64,000 bases of DNA from NCBI GenBank assembly GCA_900088475.1, contig FLMG01001070.1, forward strand, positions 1-64,000, written 5' to 3'. A model generated the notes under the pieces. That model was given only the letters and a program-made list of their open reading frames with translations, was not told the DNA's origin and did no database searches. Positions 39,311-52,024 of the stretch are shown piece by piece; positions within the stretch are counted from its first letter, which is position 1, and the number at the start of each line of letters is the position of its first letter. The translations under genes were made by a program, and so were the position numbers. Source of the stretch: Hyphochytrium catenoides. Lineage: Eukaryota; Protista; Hyphochytriomycota.

Positions 39311-42300
39311 TTATTTAGAGCTTTTTCCCTTACTTCGGACCGGAGGTGAAGAAGATTGAAACGTCCGTCTGGCATTGGTAACTGGCAGGATTGTCTTCGA
39401 ACCCTTTCCATTGCCGGTTTCCTCTCTCTTCTGCGGCCGTCCTCTTGGAAGGCCAGGAGAGTCTCCGGGTGAGCGTGTTCCCCCTCCCACCGAACCGGGC
39501 GAGGTTCCAAATCCCAACCGCGAGAGATACGAAGACCGTATCTCCATAGGACTCTTATGCAGCTTTTGGTTGGCAAGTCTAATATATGGCTCCAGCATGC
39601 CCTGCATCGCCTCCACGCCATTGACATTAAAATACATCATTGCCCTCCTTGACACTCCCCGAGAATCATCCTCATCCTCCATAAATGAGACGGAAGTGTG
39701 AGTGCGGATCCGCTTTATCACCTTGTCTCCGAAACGATAGAGAACGAGGCCTAGAGTTGTGGTTGGAGAGCGTAAAGATATGAGAGGCAGATTAAATGTA
39801 GGTGTTCGAATGTAGTGGTGGGGATTGATTTAGCGGTAACCCTAAGTTAGAAGGTGAAAGTTTGAAGAAGCTGCAAAGTCGGGATGTTCCTTGAAGCCAA
39901 CACACCGAAGACGCGCTAGCAGAAGAACCAGCAAAAAAGCAGACAGCTCTTCACTTCAGGATAAGGATCACTGTGATAACAAAAAGAAGAGGCGGATGGG
40001 ATATGCGGGACGGGAACGGCTCTTACCGGTCATGATAACTGCTAATCCTGAGATATCTGTGGGTCTCAGCGGCTGATGTCCAGGCACAAAGTCAAGAGAA
40101 AAAGCGAGGTTGCCCAATGGCACCATGACCGTGAGAGCCAGATAGAGAAGGTTGGCACTGCCATACTTGAGTATCATGATCAGCAAGACATTATCTACAG
40201 GCGATTGGACGACAGCGTGTGTGAAGTTAGTTACAGCCGTAAGACCCCAAGCTCTGAGAGGGCTAGGAAGACTTCTTAGAGCTTAGAACGAGGACGCTTT
40301 GGTAAAAGGTAAAGGGGTCTACAGGGGACAGAGCCAGAGTCAAAGTCGTTGTTCCCAATGCACAAACGCGCAGTGCTCTATGCGTAACCCACAACCTGCA
40401 ACTACTACTATATCGTTCTGTCACACTCCTTCTCTCTGATATTGCAATCCGTAAGCACTTACAGACAAGGTTGAATGCTAGGTACACATTCACATAGANN
40501 NNNNNNNNNNNNNNNNNNNNNNNNNNNNNNNNNNNNNNNNNNNNNNNNNNNNNNNNNNNCAACGTAACAGTTGAGCCCATCCCAGATATTCTGCGGCAGC
40601 TCTGCAATCGTAAGGTTGCTCGCGTTGGCGGAAGGAATGGCGAGAGGCAGAGAAATCAAGAACTGATAGATGGCAACATAACCGTTGAGCCAGACAACCT
40701 GCACAAGTTGGAATGGGATAGATATCAGTGGCGTTAGGGTCACATGACCTGTCTTTGCCAAGGACTTGACAGATTTCCATTCCAAGCCTTGGACGATAAA
40801 GGTGGAGGACTAGAATTTGAGTAAAGGGCTTACATCAATCTCCTTTTCTCCTAGCGCTTTCTCTTTGTAGACGCTAGAGAGGCACATAGGAACGCAGCTG
40901 ATCACCATTACAGCTGCCCACATCAGCTCATTATGGTATGGGCCCTCGGGGGAATCTTGCGGGCGGAAGAAGGAAGGCACGAGCACTAATATGATGCCTG
41001 AGATGACCACGCCTGCGCCGATGTACTGTGTTGGAGAGTACTTGGCTTCCAAAAAGATCTGATGGACAGGAGGAGACAAGAATGCAGTAATGTAGAAGTC
41101 AAAATGATGCGGACGATCAGCGGTGTCAGTTTAGAAAGCGGACATGCATAAAAGGACCACTCAGCGTATATAGCGGCCTACTAACAAACAATCTTGATGC
41201 AGAGAGCGAGTGTTTGAAAAGAACGATAGCACGATAGCTGACAGTCAGACTGTCACCAAACATATGATGCCACCCCATTCTACATCTTGTCCTACCGACC
41301 TTGGAGATGAGCATAGAGACGGGAATCGCGGCTTGGGTTAGCAGGATAATGAGCGATCCGTTGCTAATATAGTTGGTCGCAAAGGTCTGCATCAGACCAC
41401 TGACGCCATCCAGGACGCCCATGACTGCAAACTGGTATTGAGGAATCTCCCGACTGGGCTCAAAGAGAGAAGGCTTGAGATAGTTCATTGGAATGATGTA
41501 AGCAAAGCTCACGGGAATGTACACGAAGGAGCCCAGGAGCGACTGGAAGAGAGGATAATTTTGCCTGAAGGAAATGGGGAGTGCACATCAGTGAGGTCAG
41601 CTGGCACAACATAGTTGAGGAAATCTGCAGGATAACAGAGGTAAGATATTAAGTTAGCGGTAGGACAAAAGTATGTCAGAGCTGCGAGGGAGAAGGTGGC
41701 TATGGTTGGAACTGAATCATTATATCGCACAGCCATCAATGCATCATTCGGGCAGAGAGAGTTTGGGCAAGAGTGTTCAGGAAGACGACGAAGCAATAGG
41801 AAGAGAAAGGTCCATGCACGTTAAAAATGAGCATGGAGATGGAGCTAAAGACGAAGACTGCTGGCAACGATGCATCGGCCGAGAACTTGGCGATGAATGT
41901 GTCGAACACAGAGGTAAATGATTGTGCGACTCACATGGGCAGCGTCTCAAGTTTCCCAAATACTTTATTACCCGTACCAAAGATCAGCATGGCAATGAAG
42001 GAAATAAGCAGCAACTTTGACTGCGCGTAAAATGGCGAGGTTGCATATTAGGGATAGGGGCATAAGTACCTCTTAAGGGGAAGAGTGAGAGAGAGAGAGA
42101 GAAGGCGAACAGAAAGAGAAGCAACAGATGGGAGGGACAGAAGACAAGGAAAAAAAGAGGGACAAAGGAGAGAGAGATACAATAGGGATAGTCGTAGCTC
42201 TTAGCCGGCATGGCCCTTCACAGGATGCGTATAGAACTAACGACCTAGGGCAGCCTCAGTTAGTGTAGGTAGCAGCCATGTCACCCTACCTTGGTTGTCG

Positions 42301-42562
42301 GATCCATACCTCCATCTGCCTGCTTAACATCCTTACTCTTGTCCGTTGCAGAGGACCTGTTGAGTGTCCGTTCTCTCTCCCTCTTGGCTGCTATGCCGCT
42401 GGGGGAAGGTCGAGGCACTCCAGGGCTGGCTGCTGCTGGTGGTCTGCGGATTGGGGGACCCGGTGAGCTTGATCTAGAGTTCGGGAGGCTGCGGACTGCA
42501 CTCTTCGGAATAAGCGGGATCCGTTCGCCATCTCCCTCTTTTGGTCTCCCCCCCAGATCCAT
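39311..42562 (-). CDS. CRT-like (chloroquine-resistance-transporter-like, DMT superfamily) membrane transporter
   Basis: LIFGTGNKVFGKL, NYPLF, FAVMGVLDGVSG, LLTQAAIPVSM, PMCLSSVYKEKAL, WLNGYVAIYQ, ILKYGSANLL; ~10 hydrophobic segments. Confidence 0.88.
40499..40559. other. Assembly gap (N run) inside the CRT-like coding region
   Basis: 61 N; the reading frames on either side are offset, so the gap length is only an estimate. Confidence 1.
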
Positions 42563-45500
42563 ATTTCTCCTCGATGTCCTCTATCCAAAGAAGCTATAAC
42601 GGCAGTAACAACTAAGCCCTATCCCGTCCTCCGAACTAAGGACGAAGGCAATAGATTACTCCAACTGCTGATTGGTGGACCTTATCGCTCTCTTCCTATG
42701 TCTGTCATGGCTGCTGCGAACGATTATGAATGGAACAGCACCGAGACAAGCTCTGGCAATGCACAGCTGGAAGCCTCTCTGTCGGTCGGAGGCTAAACTG
42801 ATGACTCTTGACTCTTGACGGACCGGACAGGCGCAGGGGTTGGAATCAGACGGGATCGGCGGGAGCAGAGAGCACAGAGGGAGTGAATAGTGACAGAAGA
42901 GAGGGGACAAAGGAGTGGGACAGAGATAAGTCGTAACCCCAGATAAGAAGGGCTTCGAGATCGAAAGAGAGCATTGAGGCGCACATAATGTGCGCATTTT
43001 CACAAATCTTTGAAGGTTTCGTTCATCAAGAAAGCAATAATAAAGGAGCTTGCTAGCTAAGATAAGGTTAGCTATTATAAAATAGGAAATATTCCTGAGC
43101 ATAAAATTCGGCGCTTCTGTTTATCGATTTGTGCGCTTCAGGGACCGTTCTTATGTGTCTGTAGCTGTGTCGGTGCAAAGGAGCTGTCATCACATCATCA
43201 GCATGGGAACCAAGAGGACAGGAGAGGTGGGCGAGGCAGCACCAGGCAGCCTTGAGGCTTCTCATCATTGTCGTCTCTTCGTCGCGCCTCCTCGCTCAGG
43301 TGAGGATCATCCTCAAACGAGTGGAAAAGCAGCTGCCTGTCAATCTTCTGCTGCTTACGGTCACGTACGAGGATGGCTCAGGCGTTGAACAAGGGTACAA
43401 TAACGCCTCCATGTACGGATTGAGCAGGAAAGGCAAACCATCCGCGCCAAATGTTCCGAGTGGCGTTTGTCAGGGTATCTCCGGACTAATGGGATGGAAG
43501 CAGCAGGATAGTTGCTGGGCTGAATAACATCTTGTGTGGGTGTTCGGTCTCTTTCTCATCAGCCATCAGACCACACCTTTGCAAGCGCTCAGCTAGCTGA
43601 TCTCGTCCTCTGGAATCTGCGCTCTCATATGTTACATGCGGCGCCTTTCCCACGCCTATAGACACCAGTCGCTAGCAGGAAACTTCATGATGATGCTCTG
43701 CTGGTCCAGCAAGTCCCCTAGTAACAAGCACTTGTACGATTTGCCCACTGCTTTTCTGTTATGGGCTACCATGATACGCGGATTGCGTAGCTCGGGTTTG
43801 CTATCTATTGAACGCAGTAGGGAGTAGCAAGCCTTCGGATCTGACTTGACTCCATCTTATCTTGCTATCGCTCCGACAAGCTAATTGTACGGTCACAGGA
43901 TCCACGTAGGACGTAGCGTCCACGGGCCTACATCGTAGGTAGTTGATTCGGTATGAAACAGGATGGCAAATCGCCGTAGATATATATATATATATCCATA
44001 AAGGCTTTCACTCCCTTCGACAGGCAACACATTTGCCACTTTGCAATTGTCCCGCTAATTATTAGCGGCTAGCTCGTCCAGAATATAACAAGCCCTCTAC
44101 TCACATTGAATAATTAGGGATATGCCATACTATTGAATCACTGACTGCATCTGATCAAGATGGATTCTCCGCTCTTCGCTGTCGGCACAATCGCTCAACC
44201 GCACGGCTCCAATGTCTCATCATCTCACAGTAGCCGTACCTAAAAATGGAGATAGAGAAGGAGGAAGATTAGCAACAATACTAGGTATAGGGTCCATCAG
44301 GCAATGCGTAAAGAATGCAATGCGTTTGGAGCTTCAGTCCATCGTAGTCTATACCTTCCAGTCCCTTTCAAACGAAAGGGGTCAAGAGGTAAAGGATATG
44401 ATTCATCACTGCTCCAAAGTACATACAAAAACCACTCAAGTCAAGCAGCTCTAGTCTCTTTTCAGAGGCCTACCTTCGCAGTCCTCCTGTCGCATGGCTC
44501 CCGATGGCCATTAGGTTGCCGAAGCTGAGCAGGGTTGGGGTCTTTGTCAAGGAGCCTCTCACGGAGGTCAGCGGCGTGTCCCGGCTCCGCTAGCTAGCTC
44601 GTAGGTCGCATGTGCTTTGTTAAGCTAACTAGATAGCAGGCGCGAGGGACAAGAAGCTGATCTATTTTGACTATGACGTCTGAAGTGTATCGGCTCTAAA
44701 CCCTGCTAGAGAGACCCAGAATACAATCCTGTCAGTCAATCACCAAGCAAGAGACACAGTGTTCCCAAGATCAACAATGCGCAATGTAGGAGCGGGCTGT
44801 GGGAGACTCAGGAAATGATTTTCTTCAAAAGCATCAGACATACGCTCGATACAAAGTAACGATACCATCATTGTCTCCGCTGAATAAGCTGCAGTATCCA
44901 TCCAAAGAGCGACAATAAAAGGCAGGGACTTGCCATGCACGTACCTATATGGTGGTCCTCATAAGAGCTAATAAATTTCCTTTGGGTCTTATGCTGACTA
45001 GCTAAGGGCATGGGTTTTAGAGAGGCGAAGCGAGGCTTTTGTTAACAGACATAAAGTGAAACGGTATACTCTTCATCCCCACGCCATCATCCACCATGGC
45101 AACAAAAGATGGACCAGCTTGGATCGCTAAACGAGAATCAGTCGAATGCCAAGATCTATTGATGGAGGTAGCAGCGGTTTGGATGGGTGAGGTGGGTGAG
45201 CGCACATACTCGAAATAGCAGAGGTAGTGCTCTCTAGGCAAGGGAAACGACAAGTAGTGCCTGAATGCGCAAAATGATCAGGCCTAGATCTTCCCTCCTC
45301 GCCCGATCAGGGACCCACACGGATGAGGTGAAAGGCGCAGGTATGGAAGAGCCAAACTAAGCAGTGCTGCACACGTGCATACACTTTCCGTGGTAAGATA
45401 GCCCAAGCTGCGAGCGCAGTGGATCTTCAGAAGTGCCAGAAGCCAGAAGGGATTGAGGACCCAGGATTGCTATTCCGTTCAAGTGGTGGCTATGGATCCG

Positions 45501-45604
45501 CAAGCTTTAGATCATACCCTGCCCTGCACCAGCGATTTCAGCTCTCCCCCTGGACTCGAAGATACATATCCTTCCTTTCACTGATGTTCTGACCTTGATG
45601 AGCA

Positions 45605-47513
45605 TCATCATCAGTACAGGAAGAGATTCTCCTCGGGAAGAAGGAGGAGGGAGGAGGAGGTGAACCCACCAGCCACAATGTCATCGCCATCAAGCGCGAC
45701 GCCGCGAGCTGCGAGGCAAGCAAGAGACTCCAGTTGGTCAAGAGGAATACGCTTCAGGAGCTGAAGCGCAGGAATGAATTGCCAGAAAGGTTCTCGTGTT
45801 GTGAAGGTGTAAAGCCATGGCCAAGCGAAGCGTCAAGAGCAGAGCGGTCACACTGAAGCTTCACCAGATGTCCTACACAATCCACGATGCCCGGCATAGG
45901 TCCCACAAACGACTCCCAAACTAGCGGGACAAAGTGCAGCCCTACAGCCTTACAAGGAACCTCATAGTTCTTCGGCTTCGCTTTCTCAGACAAACGACGT
46001 TTATAGCCGGCATGGACTGCTGCATAAGAAAGGGTTCTGGATCCCAGCGAGTCCGTGACAGACACATGAAAGACCGTATGCTGAACAAGGCCGGAGAAGC
46101 CAACCACAAATCTCCCAGTTTCCAGAATTGACCTCGGAGGGAGGTGACGGGGTTCGCGAGAGACTTTGACTTTGAGAAAGCTTGAAAGAGAATGTCCTGA
46201 ACACGACGATGACGCTGATTAGCGCCACCACCACGGCGACATAGGATACCGTTATCTCCAAAAACATTCATAGGACACGAGCAGATCTGGCAAGAACCAG
46301 GAACAAAAGAGCGCACAAGAGGGATCCCAAGCATTTCGGCACAACATCACCCGGAACACCAAAGGGGACGAAACCTTCAACGGCAGCCAGGGAATAGGAG
46401 CAGCCCGAAGGAAAGCCCCCGGATCCGGGAGAGAAATAGCTCGTAAGCGAGCCTTGGACCGCAATCCAGGGTAGCGGAAGACAACAAGACATTGGCAGAC
46501 GCTGACCAAACAGACCGTGACAGGTAGTGCTGCAGCTTAGTCTCTTCTCGAGAGATTAATCGAGAAAAGGGCACACGCACTTCCGCATCCTGGACATCAA
46601 GGGCATGCCAAAAGACGTCAAGCAGCTCCCAGCTAACGGGTGGAGAGTAAGCCTCGAAGTCGTCCCGCATACGCAGGAGTTGCTTGATCAACGTGGCCGA
46701 GGCACCAAGAGAGCCAAGATAGGCCGGAAACGCCAAACAGGCGGAAGGCGCAAGGCCAAGGCCGCAGCGGACAGGGAGGATAGCTTTTTTTGCCAAACCA
46801 GATCCGGTACAGAAGGGAGATCCAATAAGCGAGCAAGGAAGCCACGTAGACGGATGCCAAGCTGAGAACACGGAGAGGCCAACCGGGAAGGTGGACAAGC
46901 ACGACGCAAGCGGTTGATATTAGGGTTACAACCACGAAGGAGACAAAGGTGGATCTCAGGAGAGGATCCAAGACTGAGCTTCGCGTCTACATCATCTAGA
47001 CGAGATAGGACAGAAGAGGCATAAGGGGAGACAAACGAAGGAGAACCAATGTGTACACCTATTCCACGCCATCCACACCCATTAGACACCCACAACACGA
47101 GAGACCGCCCCAGGTAAAACCGGAAGTGCGCAAGGTCCATACTGGGCCACCAAAGCTCACATTTGCCAAGGTTGAGCTCCAAACCAGTGTGTGGGCTGCG
47201 GTCTTGAAGGAGGGCAAGGGCCGCAGCGACATCATCTACGGAGCCAATAATAGTACCATCATCAAAGTACCAGGCGTTGAGATCCAATGAAAAAACAGAC
47301 GCAGCAATGTCAGAGACAACGGAATGGAGAGCTGATGCGAATAGCAAAATACCTAGAGGGTCACCTTGCTCGAGACCGCAGGAACTTGCGAGCAGATCAC
47401 AGCCATGGAACAGGTGGGACAAAGTGGAGTAACAATAGGTGACCCAAGGGAGAAGAGAGGGAAAGCACTCACCGACGCCATCCACGCCATCCAGATAGCT
47501 GAACGGTGTACTC
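45605..47513 (-). mobile_element. Degenerate non-LTR retrotransposon with restriction-like endonuclease (CRE/SLACS-like clade): RT motifs B-C, Zn knuckle, RLE and 3' region
   Basis: GLEQGDPLG, AWYFDDGTIIG, GLELNLGKCELW, GVHIGSPSF, GAFLRAAP, CQICSC..GDNGILC, RHRRVQD, LGDLWL, FVPLVWESF; several frameshifts. Confidence 0.88.
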
Positions 47514-47624
47514 ACTTGAAGGGGTTCTTGATGCATTCAGCAGAACCCTATCCTTGCTGGGAGGCCGTTACAAGGTTCTGCCGAAGGTTGACCTCAAGAA
47601 TGTCTTCAACTCAGTACACCGTTC
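47513..47624 (+). mobile_element. Inverted 5' segment of the same RT (motif A)
   Basis: LEGVLDAFSRTL..KVDLKNVFNSVHRS on the + strand, sharing AGTACACCGTTC with the start of the minus-strand RT portion. Confidence 0.8.
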
Positions 47625-47849
47625 GGGTATGTCTCTCTTCTCACCTCTCCAGGAGGGCGAAAGGGAGAGAGAGAGAAGAGGGAGAGAGAGGGAGGAAGAG
47701 AGAGAGAAGGTGGAGGTGGTGAAGAGAGGGAGAGACAAGTGTGATAGAGAGGGTGAGAGAGAAGGAGAGAGTGAGAGAGAGAGAGAGAGGAGGGAGAGAG
47801 AGGGAGGAGAGGAAGAAAGAGATAAGGAGGAGGGTGGAGAAGCGAGGGA

Positions 47850-48245
47850 GAAGAGCAGTATCAAGAGACCATAAAGTTTTGAGTGGTCCTTGAGTTGAGA
47901 AGGAGCCGCAACAGACTGCACGATCGTCCAAGAGAGAAGAAGAGGTCTTGCGGATTGACCTGCAGGGGAGCTGGCAAATGTCTAAGGAGAAGGAAGAGGG
48001 GGTTCCTGCAGCTCCCCTGCAAGAGTGAAGAAGGGGTCTTGCGGATTGACGTGCAAGGGGAGCTGGCTAATGCAGGGGAGTTGGATAATACCCCTCTTCC
48101 GTCTCTTATGGGCATTTGCCAGCTCCCCTGCAGGTCAATCCGCAAGACCCTTTCTTCTCTCTGGACGATTGTGCTGTCTGTTTCGGCTACCTTCTAAACT
48201 CATGCACCACTGAAAACTCTATGGTTTCCTGGTCTTTGCTTCTTC
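47850..48245. repeat. Imperfect inverted repeat (arms ~47850-48001 and ~48091-48245) made of CRE-like N-terminal coding sequence
   Basis: catttgccagctcccctgcaggtcaatccgcaagacc occurs on both strands; a third partial copy lies at ~48025-48066. Confidence 0.85.
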
Positions 48246-48651
48246 TTTTCCCCCAAGCAGTTCTCCTCTGGTCCCGTCCTGCCCGTGGGGGCAACAAACG
48301 TCGCCGATCCAGGAATGCCAGTCTGTGCAACTACTCCAACAGCGCCTCTCTCGGGGGCAAGCGGGTAACTACTGGGCTCTTTGGGACGAGGCACAGGCCT
48401 CCTGTCAACCGTTATCTCTGTCTTCCAACCAGCATCCTGCTCAATTGCCGGCCGCTATCTTGGACTCTCCGCTATTGTCAAACGTTGGGCGAGAGTCCAA
48501 ACTGGCTAAAGACGGCTTGTTTGCCAACGCTGTGGCTGGCCTGGTGTCCGAGGGCATTGCCATTCACTCGGAGGAAACTTTTGCATTTCTCAAGAGCAAA
48601 CACCCCGAGGGTGCTGCCCTTCCTCTTCCTGCCTTGCCTTATGGTGACTGA
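48091..48651 (+). mobile_element. N-terminal (pre-RT) region of a CRE-like ORF, frameshifted
   Basis: WSLLLLFPQAVL..RGG, QRLSRGQAGNYWALWDEA, AVAGLVSEGIA..ETFAFLKSKHP match the pre-RT pattern of CRE/SLACS elements. Confidence 0.7.
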
Positions 48652-48788
48652 TAGCAATTAATATTATCCAGAAGAAGAGGGAGAAGAAGAAGAAAAAGGA
48701 GGAGGAGAAGAAGATGAAGAATAACGAAGAGGAAGAAGTGGAAGAAGAAGAGACAGCAAAAGCTATAAAGCCTCGACTGATCCACGCT

Positions 48789-49028
48789 CATCATCAGTAA
48801 AGCAAGAATCATAGTTGATTTCCTCAGTAATAATAATAAGGGGAGAGGGAGGAGGGAGGAGGAGGTGAACCACCAACCACGATGACATCACCGCCAAGCT
48901 CGACCTCGAGGCCAGCAAGAGAAGGGTCCAGCCGCTCAAGAGACATACGCTTCAGGATCTAAAGCGCATTTTCTTCATGAATCGCCATAGAGATTCTCAT
49001 GTGAAGATGTAAAGCCACGGCCAAGTGA
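48789..49028 (-). mobile_element. Second, diverged copy of the 3' end of the CRE-like element
   Basis: Aligns by eye to 45605-45830 (catcatcagta, ggagggaggaggaggtgaacc, atacgcttcagga, tgtaaagcca.ggccaag). Confidence 0.75.
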
Positions 49029-50574
49029 GACCATACACCAAGATATAGTGAAGAAGAAATAGTCGTTACTCTTTCAACGAGCTACTAACTAGAAGAGAAC
49101 TAGGAGCATTATTTTCATGTTTAGTATAGCGGAGGACTACCTTCTTCGCGTCAGTGGCGGCAGAAGCAGAATGTCGACTCCTCCTCCTTTAGGATAAGGT
49201 CTCATCTTACTATACTACTTGGGCAGCAGGGTGCGATGGCGGAAGAACCATCTATTGAGGTCTGAGGGGTTTTCATCGTTTGTTGGAGAAGTCAAAGTAG
49301 TAGTTTCAGACGAAGGAAGCTAGCGTTTACCTCTCACGGTTGGCTGGTAGTACGAGTGCTAGATATTGAGCTCTACTGCTGCGACTGCTGGCGTTATGTT
49401 TTGCTGATTAGCACTTACGTCACTGCCTTTATGTCCACCCAGTGAGGTCAAGATGGAAGAGTCACTTATCCTCGAGAGCCACTGTTCAAGAGTCATCACT
49501 ACTTCTTCTTGGTTGAACGTCACCATCTTTCTCGGCTTAACATTACGGCAGGACTTTCCTTATATCCAAACATTCTCTTAGTAGTTGGTTTTCCAGACTA
49601 TGATACTTGCTTTCCTTCTTTCTCTGTTCTGTAGGATCTATGCTAACTCACTCAGTAAAGCTTTTTGTCGCCTTGGACCCAAGTGCACTACTAGCTAAGA
49701 CTCTTGCTCACACTGCGCGCTGAGCATCCTCTGTGCGGCCACCACTTCGCTACAGCGATTACTGGAGCTTGTCAGTGTCGAGCATCCTCGACTAACCAAA
49801 CCTTCCTAGCCTGATTGACCTTCACCTATTTGGTCTACGGGCGATATACCCTCAACAGGAAGTTCTTGTTGCCCCCGAGACGCCGAGACTAGACCAAAAA
49901 CGATGAGCAGTAGAGTAACAGATAGGCAGACCAAGTGTGGAAAAGATGGCCAGAGGTAAGAGAAGTTGCTGCTGGGACCGGCAAACGCGAGTGACGAAGG
50001 ATGCCAACAAGGTTTAGCGAGGTGGTCGATGACGCCTCCTTTTAGTTCGAAGAGTACCAAGGAGGTCACCTTAGTCTGTCCCTTGACGATAGATTTATAA
50101 AGTACTTTGCTCGGACCTCGTACGTCCGGCGATGGCTGCTTGACGCTCCTTCCTTCTACTCGAGCCATCCCAAGCAACCAACTTGGAAGGCAGTACAGGG
50201 GAATTGGAAGGCGGCCATCTCTTTCAGAAACTCTCACACTTTCTTCCCTAATGCCAGACTCAACATCTCTCTAGATTATCCCGTTCTCACTCATTTCTTA
50301 GTGATGTGCGTCGTGGAGAAGGAAAGGAGCTTCATCAAAGCTGGAGTGAACAGAGAACTTGCGGATCCAACTTAGAAGGGTTTGCTTCTTGTACGATGCC
50401 ACGGAGTCCTTAAGCCTGTTTAGATGCACAGCCTCCTTGCAAATATTAAGTTACCCCTTCCTTACAGACCTGTGACCCTGTGCGGCGCTGTACATTATCA
50501 CTCGCAGGCTGCACTATCTATATAGGCTAACAGGGGCCACGGGCAATGAATTCAGCAGCAGTAGGGCCGCACCC

Positions 50575-50750
50575 TCCTTAGACGCGACGCGTAGGCCTGA
50601 CTGATTGTCCTCAAACATCAGTGTAGGCTAGACTTTCCTAGTATCACGTGCAAACAAGTTATCTGGACAATCTTCCTCCTTTTCCAGACATTGTCTCTCT
50701 GGCAGCTTCACGAAGCGCAACGTACTCTGCTTCGGTGCTGGACGCTAAGA
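50575..50750 (-). mobile_element. Ty1/copia RNase H relic
   Basis: SSTEAEYVALREAARET and PTLMFEDNQSGLRVASK on the minus strand, interrupted by a frameshift/stop. Confidence 0.8.
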
Positions 50751-52024
50751 AGCTCCGGACCATAATTGACTAAGCCTAAAGATGCGAAGGTTCGGAGCCC
50801 TTTGACAGTAACTGGCATCGCTTTGGGAATGATGCTCTGTCAGGGGCCTGAAGCCGCAGCTTCAACATGGAAAGGAGCGAGAGAGTGTGTGAGAGAACAA
50901 AGCGTCTATTCCCTAAGCAGAGAGTGACCCGAGCGAACAAGCAACCAGCGCAACAGCAAGCGAAAGAGAGAGCAAAGAGAGAGAACGATAGAGAAAAATA
51001 GTACTGTAGAGAGAGAGAGAGAGAGCCAGAGAGCCAGAGAGCCAGAGAGAGAGAGACTAAGGGTTATCCGTGAAGGAACAAAGAAGAGAAAAAGAGAGAG
51101 TTCTGGAAGGCAGAGAGATCTGAGCTGGGCGCTTCCTAGACACTGAAGACTGACCTGCCGATAACGCCCCTACAAGGCGACCGACGCGTTGTGCCCTTAT
51201 CCCCCACTATTAGCAACCCTGTGACACCTTCTTTGTCAGACGGCCGCCCGCCACCCAGCGTCAAAGCACGTATTCAGGGCAATTACACTATGAAGTCCTT
51301 GTGTCAGGAATAAGCTAAGCTATATCGCTGATGTGTTAGGTTGGGCTAGCGCCGCACATTGAGGTTTGTTGACCGTAGTAGCACCAGGCGGGGATCTGAA
51401 GCCCTCTCTGTGACACTGTAGGAGGGAGAGAGGGAGGAGAGGAGAGGAGGTAACGCGCGCCATCATGAATCTGATCGGCCCAACCTGCTGCTCTCTTCGC
51501 TTCCCCGCCTCTCTCTCGCTCTCTGTCTCGCTCTCTCTTCCTCTCTCTTTCTCTCTGTCTCTCTCTCTGTCTCCTCTCACACTGTCATTTTGGCCTCTCT
51601 CTCCCCCTCTCTCTCTCTTCTCTCTCACCCTCTCTTTTCTCACCTACCTCCCATTTCTCTCTCTCCCTTACTCTCTTTCTACTCCCTATGCTTTCTCTCT
51701 CTCTCTTCCACACTGGGCTGGTCTTCTTCCAGGTCTACTTTCCCACTTGCACCTCCTCCTCTCCTTGTTGTCTCTTGGAAAAGGAAGTTCTCTCGCCGCC
51801 TCGCTCAGCTCTTCCCAGCCGCACGACTCAGTCCTCTCCTCTGCGGTCTTTCTGGGCGATAAATCGCTGAACTCCTCGCCATGGCAGCGCTGCACTGGTG
51901 ACGAAGAGCAAGCTGCTTCTAGGTTGGCGTCTCCTGGAGAAGAAGAGAGTGACCACTGCGTCCTCCCGTCGGACATTTTCCTCAGTCGCAGAAAGGACTC
52001 ACCTTCCTGATCGTTGACAGAAGA

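Noticed and set aside
40499-40559. Apparent frameshift in the CRT-like gene
   Set aside because: It falls across an N gap of estimated length, so it is not evidence of pseudogenisation or recoding.
44500-45300. Impression of CTAG excess in TE/intergenic DNA, with a few CCAG/CTGG-to-CTAG changes between the 59-61 kb arms (possible CHG-methylation footprint)
   Set aside because: Rough counts elsewhere in the window are near random expectation; it needs a proper k-mer and substitution-spectrum analysis.
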